Of a stretch of DNA of 64,000 bases, positions 10,901-19,202 are shown piece by piece. Under the pieces are notes generated by a model. It did no database searches and was not told the origin of the DNA. It was given only the letters and a program-made list of their open reading frames with translations. Within the stretch, counting starts at the first letter, position 1, and the number at the start of each line of letters is the position of its first letter. Source of the stretch: Lachnospiraceae bacterium (lineage in GTDB: Bacteria; Bacillota; Clostridia; Lachnospirales; Lachnospiraceae); NCBI GenBank assembly GCA_022796795.1, contig JAAWJI010000015.1, forward strand, positions 497-64,496, given 5' to 3'. Made by a program: the position numbers and the translations under genes.

Positions 10901-11291
10901 GCGCCTAGATCTCTATAAGCGGATCGCGGGAATCGAGAATGAGCAGGAATGTGAGGATATGCAGGATGAGATTATGGACCGTTTCGGGGATTTGCCTCTT
11001 TCCGTGCAGAATCTGCTCACAGTGGCCCAGATTAAGGTGCTGGCTCACCAGGTATACGTGAAGGAGATTGCGCAAAAGGAGACGGAAATCCGTTTTGTGC
11101 TCCATGAGAGGGCTAAGCTTCATCCAGAGCGGATTCCGGAATTTGCGGCGGCCTACGGCGCCAGGCTGCGGCTGGTCATGGGGGAGACGCCCAAGCTTAT
11201 CTACGAGTACCGCAAAAATACCCGGGAGGAGAAAAAAGAGGTGGTTTCTCTGGTGACGGAGATTCTGGAGCATATGCAGATGCTGTTGTAA
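7947..11291 (+). CDS. mfd: transcription-repair coupling factor Mfd
   Basis: 1114 aa. It has a UvrB-homology N-terminus, an RNAP-interaction domain, superfamily-2 helicase motifs (GDVGYGKTE, DEEQRFG, TATPIPRT, QLRGRVGRS) and TRG/TRCF domains. Confidence 0.97.
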   Translation: MRAFLEPLEQLGAFSELRGQLKKDRGVTQLSGCVESQKVHMAYGFGADFKRRLILTYSEKKAKEIYEEYRFFDNKALLYPAKDFLFFHADLQGNLLVQQRIRAMQALLTQEQVTVITTMDGCMDRLLPLEEIQGLLLHVEIGKTLLLDAWAAKLVFLGYERVGQVESPGQFAVRGGILDIFPLTEEGPVRIELWDDEVDSIRSFDVESQRSVENLQDIWIYPAAELAVGRKPEKLVGFLDYFPVEDSLIILDEPNRLVEWGQGVETEFRESMANRAEKGEELPAEAQLFCGFEEVQARLNGRICVSLCTMEPRQAGWNVCRKAQVAVKSINPYHNSFELLVKDLKRWKREKCSVILLCSSRTRARRLALDLQEQELNSFYTEDMDRVVTGGEIMVVPGTLHQGYEYPLIRFVVLSETDIFGKEKKKRKKQKVYEGQKIQSFSQLHVGDYVVHENHGLGIYRGLEKVEVDKVLKDYIKIEYANGGNLYILATQLEMIQKYAGASEGRSPKLNKLGGAEWNRTKSRVRGAVQDIARDLVALYAARQQKNGFVYGPDTVWQREFEELFPFEETEDQLLAIEAVKQDMESAKIMDRLVCGDVGYGKTEIAIRAAFKAVQENKQVVYLVPTTILAQQHYSTFAQRMKEFPVRVDLLSRFRTPGEQKKTIQDLKKGFVDIIIGTHRVLSADVEYKDLGLLIIDEEQRFGVAHKEKIKKLKENVDVLTLTATPIPRTLHMSLIGIRDMSVLEEAPQDRVPIQTYVMEYDDEMVRAAISRELSRGGQVYYVYNRVNTIVEITNHVAQLVPEANVAFAHGQMKEHELERIMYDFISGEIDVLVSTTIIETGLDISNVNTMIIHDADNMGLSQLYQLRGRVGRSNRTAYAFLMYKRNKLLREVAEKRLSAIREFTELGSGFKIAMRDLEIRGAGNLLGARQHGHMQDVGYDLYCKMLNEAVKEQKGLPVEESFGTMVELDLDAYIPDTYVRSEAQRLDLYKRIAGIENEQECEDMQDEIMDRFGDLPLSVQNLLTVAQIKVLAHQVYVKEIAQKETEIRFVLHERAKLHPERIPEFAAAYGARLRLVMGETPKLIYEYRKNTREEKKEVVSLVTEILEHMQMLL

Positions 11292-11319
11292 GGATGCTGC
11301 CAGGGTAAGGCTATGAAAG

Positions 11320-11440
11320 AAGCCGGTTTTCCGGTCTGCTGAAATAGCGTGAGGGGATATGCTTGTGAGAGATGAGATCGAAAAGCCGGTTTTCCGGTTC
11401 GTTGGGATAGCGTGAGTGGCGTGTCTGAGAGAGGAGAGAA
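11320..11440 (+). repeat. tandem direct duplication (~63-nt period, 2 copies) in the leader of the first PrsA-like gene
   Basis: Copy 1 is AAGCCGGTTTTCCGGTCTGCTGAAATAGCGTGAGGGG...GAGAGATGAGA. Copy 2 is AAGCCGGTTTTCCGGTTCGTTGGGATAGCGTGAGTGG...GAGAGAGGAGAGA. Each copy contains a small CCGG-TTTT-CCGG hairpin, and copy 2 ends in the functional RBS. Confidence 0.7.
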
Positions 11441-11441
11441 T

Positions 11442-12467
11442 ATGAAAATCAGAGTAAAAAAGGAAGTGAGAAAAGGGAGCCCATGGGCGCTGCTTGTGGT
11501 AATCTTCTGTGCTGCGGCATTGCTCACAGGCTGCGGGAAAGGGGGAAAGACCGTGGCAACCCTGGACGGGGAAAAGATTTCCCTGAAAGAGGCGGTTTTT
11601 TACACCCGACTCAATCAGCAGCAGTGGGAATTGGCCTATGCCGAGAGCTTTGGAACGGATTTCTGGACGCAGACGCTGAATGAGGAGACGGGAACCTTTG
11701 AGGAGGAGCTGAAGCGTCAGGTTATGGATACCATCTGCCAGATTCATTTGATGAACTCCCATGCCAAGGAATACGGGGTAAGCCTGACCAGGGAGGAAGA
11801 GGCTTTGGTGGAGGAACGGGTAAAGGAATTTATGGACAGTCACAGTCAGGAGGTCCGGGAGGCGGCAGGAGCGGATCAGAAGCTGGTGAAAAAGCTTCTG
11901 CAGGAGCGCATGCTGTCGGACAAGGTGGCGGAAGCTATGGTGGCAGATTATACCCCTTCTGTCTCCCAGGAGGAGGCAGCCCTGGGAAAGATGACCTACT
12001 GCCTTTTTTCCACCATGGGAACTTATGACAGGGCCGGAAATCATCAGGCAGTGAGCAAGGAGGAACTGGGGGAGATCCAGGCAGAGGCCCAGGCCTTTGC
12101 CCAGCGGATTCAGGAGCTGGGGGACATCCAGGCAGCGGCAGAGGAGGCAGGCAGAACCTGCATTGATGTGTATTTCAACGAGAACACCAACGGCGGAGCC
12201 CATGAAAAGATTGCGAACCAGGTTCGCACCATGGAGGTGGGCCAATCTGCAGGCCCCATCAGCACAGAGGATGGCTACTATGTGATCCAGTATGTAAGCC
12301 AGATGGACCAGCAGGCCACAAAAGAACACCAGGAGGCCCTGGTACAGCAGAAAAAGGCTCAGAAATGCCAGGAGATCTATGAGGGATGGCTTTCGGCTGC
12401 CAAGTTTGTCATAGACCAGGAGGTCTGGGATGAGGTGGAGGTGCAGCAGGTGATGTTTGTGCCCTGA
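11442..12467 (+). CDS. PrsA/SurA-like lipoprotein foldase (SurA-N chaperone region plus divergent parvulin-like domain)
   Basis: Signal peptide with lipobox LLTGCG and RBS GAGAGGAGAGAA before ATG 11442. It has a helical chaperone-like N-region and a C-terminal ...GQSAGPISTEDGYYVIQYV resembling a parvulin core. Position after mfd is typical of Clostridia. Confidence 0.7.
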   Translation: MKIRVKKEVRKGSPWALLVVIFCAAALLTGCGKGGKTVATLDGEKISLKEAVFYTRLNQQQWELAYAESFGTDFWTQTLNEETGTFEEELKRQVMDTICQIHLMNSHAKEYGVSLTREEEALVEERVKEFMDSHSQEVREAAGADQKLVKKLLQERMLSDKVAEAMVADYTPSVSQEEAALGKMTYCLFSTMGTYDRAGNHQAVSKEELGEIQAEAQAFAQRIQELGDIQAAAEEAGRTCIDVYFNENTNGGAHEKIANQVRTMEVGQSAGPISTEDGYYVIQYVSQMDQQATKEHQEALVQQKKAQKCQEIYEGWLSAAKFVIDQEVWDEVEVQQVMFVP

Positions 12468-12587
12468 AAGCGTCAAAGAGGTTTGTGAAAAATATGTGTC
12501 AAATGCAGAAAAGCATTGCCGGAGGCCCAAAAACGGATTATAATAGTTGAGAGTACTTTGGAAGATTTGAGGAAGGATGTTAATACC

Positions 12588-13607
12588 ATGAAAAAGAAAA
12601 GTTGTATGATAATCGCGGCTGTGATGCTGTGCGTCCTGTGCCTGGGAGGCTGCGGGAAGAAACTTGACGGGACCCAGACCGTGGCTGTCATGGATCAGAC
12701 CCATGTTCCCTTGGGTGAGGTGAATCTGATGCTGCGGTATCAGCAGGCTCAGATGGAAACTTATTACAGCAGCTTTATGGGAAATAATGTGTACCAGCAG
12801 GATCTGTCCGGTACCGGCGTTCCCTATGGGGAGACGGCCAAGGCAGCGCTGATGGACAGCTTTCAGCAGCTGTATATTTTGGAGGCGGAAGCAGCGAATT
12901 ACGGCGTTTCCCTCAGCGAGGAGGAAAAAAGCGCTATTACGGCTGCTGCCCAGCAGTTTTTGGCGGATAATAAAAACACCAAGGTGCAGACGGCGCTGAC
13001 CATGAGCCAGGGGACGGTGGAGCATCTTCTTACCCTGCTGACTCTGGAGCACAAAATGCAGGCTGTATTGACCGCGGATGTGGACACCAATGTGTCGGAT
13101 GAGGAGGCAGCCCAGAAGCGGGTGACCTATCTCTACATGTCCAAGGAGACGGACAATGTGGATGCAGATGGGAATCCTGTTCCCATGACGGAGGAGGAGC
13201 TGAAGGCTCTGAAGGAAAAGGCCCAGGGAATTCTGGATGAGGCCAAGAGCAGCAAGGATCTTTCCGCGGCGGCAACAGCCCAGGAGCTGACCACCAATAG
13301 TCAGACCTATGGAGCAGACAGTGCGGCATTTCCGGATGAGGTGAAGGCCCAGGCGGACAAGCTGGCGGAGGGGGAATATACCCCGGTGGTGGAGACAGAC
13401 CAGGCCCTCTACATTGTGCAGATGGACAGTCTGCTGGACCGGGATGCCACAGACGCCAAGAAGGAAAGCATCGTGCGGCAGCGCAGGGATACTCTGTTTG
13501 CGGAGAAATATGAGGAACTGAAAGCCTTGCATACCTTTGAGACAAAAGAAGACGTGCTGGCCCAGATGACCTTTGGACAGCAGATTACCCTGAAGGTGGG
13601 CGAATAG
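12588..13607 (+). CDS. second PrsA/SurA-like lipoprotein foldase paralogue
   Basis: Lipobox CLGGCG and RBS GAGGAAGGA before ATG 12588. Architecture matches the preceding gene (...EGEYTPVVETDQALYIVQM...). Confidence 0.7.
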   Translation: MKKKSCMIIAAVMLCVLCLGGCGKKLDGTQTVAVMDQTHVPLGEVNLMLRYQQAQMETYYSSFMGNNVYQQDLSGTGVPYGETAKAALMDSFQQLYILEAEAANYGVSLSEEEKSAITAAAQQFLADNKNTKVQTALTMSQGTVEHLLTLLTLEHKMQAVLTADVDTNVSDEEAAQKRVTYLYMSKETDNVDADGNPVPMTEEELKALKEKAQGILDEAKSSKDLSAAATAQELTTNSQTYGADSAAFPDEVKAQADKLAEGEYTPVVETDQALYIVQMDSLLDRDATDAKKESIVRQRRDTLFAEKYEELKALHTFETKEDVLAQMTFGQQITLKVGE

Positions 13608-13681
13608 GATCGGGGATTGTATGCAGAGAGTGAGCGATATACGAGATAAAAGTGAAAAGAATTTTAGCTAAGTGAGAGAGG

Positions 13682-13719
13682 AAAAAGCGGTCATGGAAAA
13701 GCGGATATGGCCGCTTTTT
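13682..13719 (+). terminator. rho-independent terminator after the PrsA-like pair
   Basis: A5-GCGGTCAT ... ATGGCCGC-T5: an 8-bp stem (one G-U) flanked by an A-run and a T-run. Confidence 0.7.
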
Positions 13720-13764
13720 CCAGTTTTTTCCCCATTTTAAATTCTTAATATTGGGGGAAGACGG

Positions 13765-13793
13765 TTGAATTCTATCTGGGGGGATGATATAAT
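13765..13793 (+). promoter_or_regulatory. strong sigma-A promoter with extended -10 upstream of the GH25 gene
   Basis: TTGAAT (13765-13770), a 17-nt spacer, then TGaTATAAT (13785-13793). It leaves a ~180-nt untranslated leader before ATG 13980. Confidence 0.7.
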
Positions 13794-13979
13794 ACACGAA
13801 AACCGCCCCAAACAGGCATGTCTGCCAGATGCTGTACGGAACCTGACCAGAGGGATACAAAACCTTCCAGAGTTCCATAGGGAGCGAAGCGTGAGACAAA
13901 AAAGCTCTGGCGGCGTGCGTTTACAGGAAAGACGAGAATGGCGCCAAGAGGACGAACATGAGGAAAGAGAGGAAACGGG

Positions 13980-16139
13980 ATGAGGAACAAGAGACGACTG
14001 GCCCTTGCTCTGGCCCTTGTGCTGGCTACAGGCAGTATCAGTGGATGCGGCTCCAGGGCAAAGGTAACAGAGGATATGATCCCCACGGTAACGGACCTGC
14101 AGTCCGGGGCATCTGTGGCGGATGAGCCGGAGGCACAGGAGCCGGAAGCAGTGGCGGAGGTGCTGGGCCTGAACATGAATATGTCCTACATGTCTGAGCT
14201 TACCCGGTTGGACGGCGACAATACCGAGGCGGTCCGGGTAGAAGCCAAGGAGGTCCATGTGGTGATGAAGGCCACCTCCGTGGACAAGGACCTGAAGATT
14301 AAGTTTGTCAATGAGAAAAACGGCCGTGTAATTACAGGAACAGCCTTTGCCGTGGAGGTGACGGATCCGGATAAAAAGGCCAAGACCTATGCAGATGAGG
14401 ATAAAGACGGCATCATCCACATCAAAGATATCGCTGGGGGAAGCTATAAGGTGGCCATGAAAGACGCCCAGGGCTACCAGTCAGGCGGCGATATCACAGC
14501 TACCGTAAAGGGGCAGATCGAGTACGCGGTGGTGGATGTGACAGACGAGATCAAAAAAGAGAGCGAGATTAATGTGTCCAAGGAGGACGGCGCTTACGGC
14601 GGTGGAAACACAGACTCCTCCACCACAGCCACAGTGCTGCAGGATACGGTAGAGTATGTGGAGTCCACCAAGACTCCCATCTATGATGAGAACAACCGGA
14701 AGCAGAAAACAGATAGCTTCGGACAGCCTGTGTATGCAAAGCAGAAGCTGGATGAATTCGGAACTCCTATGTTTGCCAAGATTTTGTCTGAGCCGGCTGC
14801 GTATCACAAGGATGAAAATGGGGACAAGATATGCGACCGCTGCGGCGCGAATTTGGATACCCATACCCATGAGTATGTGACTACAGAGACGCCGGCAACC
14901 TGTACGGAAAACGGAAAGAAAGAGACGAAATGTACAGGCTGCGGCGATGTTTCGGCCACGGAGACTATCAGTGCATTGGGTCATGACGACAAGAATCCGG
15001 TGGACGGTAAATGTGACCGCTGCGGTGGGGCAGTGGAACATAATCATACATATACAGATGGCAAGTGCACCATTTGCGGGGAGGCGGATCCCAATTATGT
15101 GCCGCCCACAACACCAGAGCAGCCTACAACGCCGGAGCAGCCCACAAATCCGGATCAGTCCGTAACCACAGAGGATCCGGCTGGGTCGCCGGACGCCAGC
15201 GCTCCAACAGGAAAGGATGCTCCGGCTTCTGATACAGGAGAGCCTTCTGCAGCCCTTGTGAAGCTTCCCGCGCCAGCCAATCTGTTCTCCGGACGGATGC
15301 TTCTGGTGGCAGCGGCGCCCAACTCGGAAAAGATTGTGTATGATACCAACAGCGCGCCTATTTACGACACCTCCAGCGAGCCGGTCTATGAGGAGCAGGA
15401 GCCTGTGGGCTACAAGTATACGGGCTGGCAGACCATGGATGGCAAGACGTATTTTTATGATAAGGACGGAAACCGGGTTACGGGTACCCAGGTAATTCAG
15501 GGCGTACAGTATACCTTTGAGTCAAGCGGAGACCGTTCCGGTGTGATCGGAATCGATGTTTCCAAGTATCAGAGCAGCATTAACTGGCAGCAGGTGAAAA
15601 ATGCGGGCATTGATTTTGTCATTGTGCGCTGTGGATACCGGGGCTATGGCACCGGTGTGCTGGTAGAAGATCCCATGTTCCGGGCGCATATCTCTGGAGC
15701 AAAGGCCGCGGGCCTGAAGGTAGGCGTTTACTTCTTCAGTCAGGCTATTAACGAGGCTGAGGCCGTGGAAGAGGCCAGTATGGCAATCAGTCTGGTGAAA
15801 AAAGTAGGCGGAATCAATATGCCTATCGCCATTGACAGCGAGTATGCAGCAGGCGGCGCAGGCCGTGCGGACCGTCTCAGCAAATCGGAGCGGACAGCCA
15901 TAACCCGGGCCTTCTGCAACACCATTGCCAATTCCGGTTATACGCCTATGGTATACGCCAGCAAGAGCTGGTTTGGGGAGCACCTGAATGCATCGGCCCT
16001 TAGCAGCTACCGGATCTGGGTGGCTCATTACGCGGCTGCCTGCGGTTACAGCGGCAGATACGACATCTGGCAGTATACTTCCAAGGGCAAGGTGTCCGGC
16101 GTCAGCGGGAACGTGGATATGAATATTAGTTATATGTAA
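13980..16139 (+). CDS. multidomain secreted GH25 muramidase (lysozyme), lipoprotein-type signal
   Basis: Lipobox SISGCGS, an Ig/carboxypeptidase-regulatory-like region, a Cys-rich CxxC repeat region, a Pro/Thr linker (PPTTPEQPTTPEQPTNP) and cell-wall-binding repeats (YKYTGWQTMDGKTYFYDKDGNRVTG). The C-terminal GH25 domain reads GIDVSKYQSSINWQQVKNAGIDFVIVRCGY...WQYTSKG. Confidence 0.85.
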   Translation: MRNKRRLALALALVLATGSISGCGSRAKVTEDMIPTVTDLQSGASVADEPEAQEPEAVAEVLGLNMNMSYMSELTRLDGDNTEAVRVEAKEVHVVMKATSVDKDLKIKFVNEKNGRVITGTAFAVEVTDPDKKAKTYADEDKDGIIHIKDIAGGSYKVAMKDAQGYQSGGDITATVKGQIEYAVVDVTDEIKKESEINVSKEDGAYGGGNTDSSTTATVLQDTVEYVESTKTPIYDENNRKQKTDSFGQPVYAKQKLDEFGTPMFAKILSEPAAYHKDENGDKICDRCGANLDTHTHEYVTTETPATCTENGKKETKCTGCGDVSATETISALGHDDKNPVDGKCDRCGGAVEHNHTYTDGKCTICGEADPNYVPPTTPEQPTTPEQPTNPDQSVTTEDPAGSPDASAPTGKDAPASDTGEPSAALVKLPAPANLFSGRMLLVAAAPNSEKIVYDTNSAPIYDTSSEPVYEEQEPVGYKYTGWQTMDGKTYFYDKDGNRVTGTQVIQGVQYTFESSGDRSGVIGIDVSKYQSSINWQQVKNAGIDFVIVRCGYRGYGTGVLVEDPMFRAHISGAKAAGLKVGVYFFSQAINEAEAVEEASMAISLVKKVGGINMPIAIDSEYAAGGAGRADRLSKSERTAITRAFCNTIANSGYTPMVYASKSWFGEHLNASALSSYRIWVAHYAAACGYSGRYDIWQYTSKGKVSGVSGNVDMNISYM

Positions 16140-16214
16140 GGGAAGACCGGGAAATGTTCCTGCAAAGGAGGTAAGAACAGCAGGGAAGTATCCCGAAGAA
16201 GCGAGGAACAGCGG

Positions 16215-16258
16215 GAGAAGAGCATGCCGTGGATTTTGCGGTGGTGCTCTTCTTTTTA
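16215..16258 (+). terminator. rho-independent terminator after the GH25 gene
   Basis: GAAGAGCA ... TGCTCTTC stem with an internal GC-rich extension, followed by T5. Confidence 0.6.
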
Positions 16259-16430
16259 TTGTCTGATAAAAGGTTTTTATGCAATGGAGATGACACTTGA
16301 ACAGATTAGCAGCGGCGAATCAAAAAATGTGGAATTGAAAGAAACATATCCGGGTAGCAGGAATAACTGCTTTGCGGCCAAAAGGGATAAAAACCATTTT
16401 CCTCTCATATAGTGTAAAAAAACGGATCGT

Positions 16431-17288
16431 ATGTCTATGAAAAAATTACACGAGTGGAAAAATCACCCTGCATTGCAGAAGGGAAAGGACTGGAAAAAGT
16501 GGATCGGCGTAGCACTGCTGTTTGTCCTGTGCTTTTTCGGAGGCCGCCTGGCCGCTCAGTTCGTGGATACCAGGCTGTCCCTTCCCGCCAATGCCGGTGC
16601 GGGAAGCAGCTGGGGTTTAAGCTTCCAGGAGGAGGGGAAGGCGCCTGTGGGCAATGCCAGTGCAGCAGATCTGAAGAAGCTCGACGCCTACTACATAAAC
16701 GAGACAGAGGATAAGGTGCTCTATCTGACCTTTGACTGTGGATTTGAGAACGGAAATACGCCTGCGATTCTGGATGCCCTGAAAAAGCATAAGGCTCCGG
16801 CCACCTTTTTTATTGTGGGAAATTACATGGAGTCTAGTCCGGAGCTGGTGAAGCGCATGGTGGAGGAGGGACACACAGTAGGCAACCACACCTATCATCA
16901 CCCGGATATGTCCAGAATGGGAACCAAGGAGGATTTCTCTGAGGAGCTTAAGAGCCTGGAGGAGCTGTACGAAGAGACCATCGGCCAGCCCATGGCCCCC
17001 TACTACCGGCCGCCTCAGGGCATTTACAGTGAGTCCAATCTGAAAATGGCCCAGGAGCTGGGGTATAAAACCATTTTCTGGAGCCTGGCCTATGTGGACT
17101 GGAACCAGGATAAGCAGCCCACCAGGGAGGAGGCTTTCGAGAAGCTTCTGGGCAGGATTCACCCGGGGGCCGTGGTGCTTCTTCACAATACCTCCAGCAC
17201 CAATGGGCAGATTCTGGATGAGCTGCTGACCAAGTGGGAGGAGATGGGGTATCGGTTCTGTCCCTTAAGCGAGCTGACCGGAAAGTAA
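16431..17288 (+). CDS. polysaccharide deacetylase family protein (PdaA-like, NodB domain), membrane anchored
   Basis: N-terminal TM segment and NodB motifs YLTFDCGFENGNT, HTVGNHTYHHPDM and RPPQG. Confidence 0.85.
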   Translation: MSMKKLHEWKNHPALQKGKDWKKWIGVALLFVLCFFGGRLAAQFVDTRLSLPANAGAGSSWGLSFQEEGKAPVGNASAADLKKLDAYYINETEDKVLYLTFDCGFENGNTPAILDALKKHKAPATFFIVGNYMESSPELVKRMVEEGHTVGNHTYHHPDMSRMGTKEDFSEELKSLEELYEETIGQPMAPYYRPPQGIYSESNLKMAQELGYKTIFWSLAYVDWNQDKQPTREEAFEKLLGRIHPGAVVLLHNTSSTNGQILDELLTKWEEMGYRFCPLSELTGK

Positions 17289-17368
17289 AAAAATAAAATG
17301 TATATACAAAAACGGCTCGGATATGCTATACTACAGATAATTCAAAAAACGGAAGAAGGAGACGGAAT

Positions 17369-18166
17369 ATGAAGGATTGGCGGGAGCAGGAACTGATGAA
17401 TCAGCTGCGAATTAAGGGGAAGCTGGAACTGAGTGAGGCGGTAGAGCTCCTGCAGGTGTCCGAATCTACAGTCCGGAGGCTGTTTGCCCGGCTGGAGGAA
17501 GAGGGAAAGATCATCCGGGTTTACGGAGGTGTGCAGCTGTCTGCCAAGCATCCGGCAGAGTATTCCTTTGAGCGGGTGGCTCAGCAGCATATTGAGGAAA
17601 AGCGGGCGATTGCCGCGGCTGCAGTGGAGCTTCTGCGGGATGGAGATGCCATATTCTGTGATTCGGGTACAACCGTGCTCTGCTTTTGCATGGAAATTGT
17701 GCGCAGGATGCGTGAGAAGCCGCTGAAAATTCAGGTGTTTACCAATTCACTGGCGATCCTGGAGGTCCTGTCGCCCTATCTGCCCGTGGTGATGCTGGGC
17801 GGGGAATATCGTCCCCACCGCAAGGATTTCTGCGGGTATCTGGGGGAGATCGCCCTTTCACGGATGCATATGAACAAATGCTTTCTGGGTACCGACGGCT
17901 ATGACGGGAAAAACTATTTTACCACCACGGATTTTGACACGGCACGTTTGGCGGAGATTGCCGTCAGCAATTCGGATATGACGGTGATTTTGTGCGATTC
18001 CAGCAAGTTTAAGGATTGCGAGCCTATCGGATACGCCTCCTTTGCGGATGTGGATGTGGTGGTGACGGACAGTGGCCTGGGATCAGACGTCAAGAGAAGG
18101 CTTGAGATGGCCCAGATCCGCGTGGGATTGGCGGACATGGAAAAATGGAAAAGAGAAAATGCATAG
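17369..18166 (+). CDS. DeoR family transcriptional regulator
   Basis: N-terminal HTH (LSEAVELLQVSESTVRRLFARLEEEGKIIRVYGG) and a C-terminal DeoR sugar-phosphate sensor domain. Confidence 0.9.
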   Translation: MKDWREQELMNQLRIKGKLELSEAVELLQVSESTVRRLFARLEEEGKIIRVYGGVQLSAKHPAEYSFERVAQQHIEEKRAIAAAAVELLRDGDAIFCDSGTTVLCFCMEIVRRMREKPLKIQVFTNSLAILEVLSPYLPVVMLGGEYRPHRKDFCGYLGEIALSRMHMNKCFLGTDGYDGKNYFTTTDFDTARLAEIAVSNSDMTVILCDSSKFKDCEPIGYASFADVDVVVTDSGLGSDVKRRLEMAQIRVGLADMEKWKRENA

Positions 18167-18178
18167 GAAGACAGGAAA

Positions 18179-18841
18179 ATGACGGATACACATTTTAAAG
18201 AATTGCAAAAGAAGAACCCCTTTGCCTCTCTCAATGATCTGATTTATGAAGAGCTGGTTCACCAGATTGTGTGCCAGGAGCTTTCTGCCGGAGACAGGAT
18301 CAATGAGGCGGCTATTGCGAAAGTCCTCCAGGTGAGCCGCTCTCCGGTGAGCGCTGCGGTGGGCCGGCTGCGGGAGCAGGGGTTTGTGGAAAAGGACGGG
18401 GGAAAAATGCCCCGGGTTACACAGGTGAGCCGGCAGGAGTACTTCCAGCTCATGGAGGCCCGCAAGGCAGTAGAGGGCCAGGCAGCCTATCTGGCGGCAA
18501 AGCGGATTACTGTACAGGAGCTGGCGCAGCTAAAGGAGATGCTGGGGGAGTGGAAGCAGGATAGCTTCGAGAGCCGTTATAGTCAGGAAAATTCCCAGTT
18601 TCACGGACTCATTGTGGAGGCCTCCCACAATGAGGTGCTGCTGGGGTTTTACCGGCAGATGCAGAATAAGCTTCTCCGGTATCGGTATTATGCGGGAGCA
18701 CGCCAGGAGACCCGGGAGCTTTTGGGAGAGCTTTATCCCTATCACTATGCCATTTACCAGGCTTTGCGGAATCGAAATTCTACACAGGCTCGTCAGGAAA
18801 TCTGGGAGGACATTGATCAGATGTGCAATCGTTTTTGGTGA
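18179..18841 (+). CDS. GntR family transcriptional regulator (FCD type)
   Basis: wHTH (INEAAIAKVLQVSRSPVSAAVGRLREQGFV) plus a helical C-terminal domain. It lies 12 nt after the DeoR gene. Confidence 0.85.
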   Translation: MTDTHFKELQKKNPFASLNDLIYEELVHQIVCQELSAGDRINEAAIAKVLQVSRSPVSAAVGRLREQGFVEKDGGKMPRVTQVSRQEYFQLMEARKAVEGQAAYLAAKRITVQELAQLKEMLGEWKQDSFESRYSQENSQFHGLIVEASHNEVLLGFYRQMQNKLLRYRYYAGARQETRELLGELYPYHYAIYQALRNRNSTQARQEIWEDIDQMCNRFW

Positions 18842-19202
18842 GAGGCAGAACATCTGGCCCTCCTGTGGGACAGAATGTTGGTGGAAATGTACACATATTT
18901 ATGCGGGATCAGGTGCAAAATATTTCCGGATTGGGTGATTCGCACAAAAAAACACAAGAAAAATTAAAAATATAGTATTATTGCACAGAATCAGACACAT
19001 TGCAGCGGAGATGCTATACTGTGTTTGACAGGCAGAAGCGGGAGACTTAAATGCCTCTCGCTTTTTCGTTTCTGCAGGGCAGCATATTCTGACGTTTACT
19101 GAGAAGTGTTGCTCTTAGGAAAAAGCTTTTCAGGGAAAGCGTCTGCATGGTCTGCAGGAAAGATTGCAGATAAGGATTTTTAAGAAAGACGGAGGTGACA
19201 GA

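Noticed and set aside
10905-13532. 875-aa minus-strand ORF, the longest non-annotated ORF in the track
   Set aside because: It is antisense to the 3' end of mfd and to both PrsA-like genes. The translation is low-complexity (H/L/Q/R/G-rich) with no recognisable domain, RBS or sensible start. The plus-strand genes have clear homology. It is a shadow ORF caused by codon bias.
13030-13545. Proline-rich 171-aa minus-strand ORF (…PPPPACPPGPSPHP…)
   Set aside because: It is antisense to the second PrsA-like gene. The proline run is the reverse complement of GAG/GAA/GGA-rich coding sequence.
13794-13979. Known riboswitch class (ydaO/c-di-AMP, c-di-GMP-I/II, T-box) in the muramidase leader
   Set aside because: I compared the leader by eye with the consensus cores I remember and found no match. 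A covariance-model scan is needed to exclude these classes formally.
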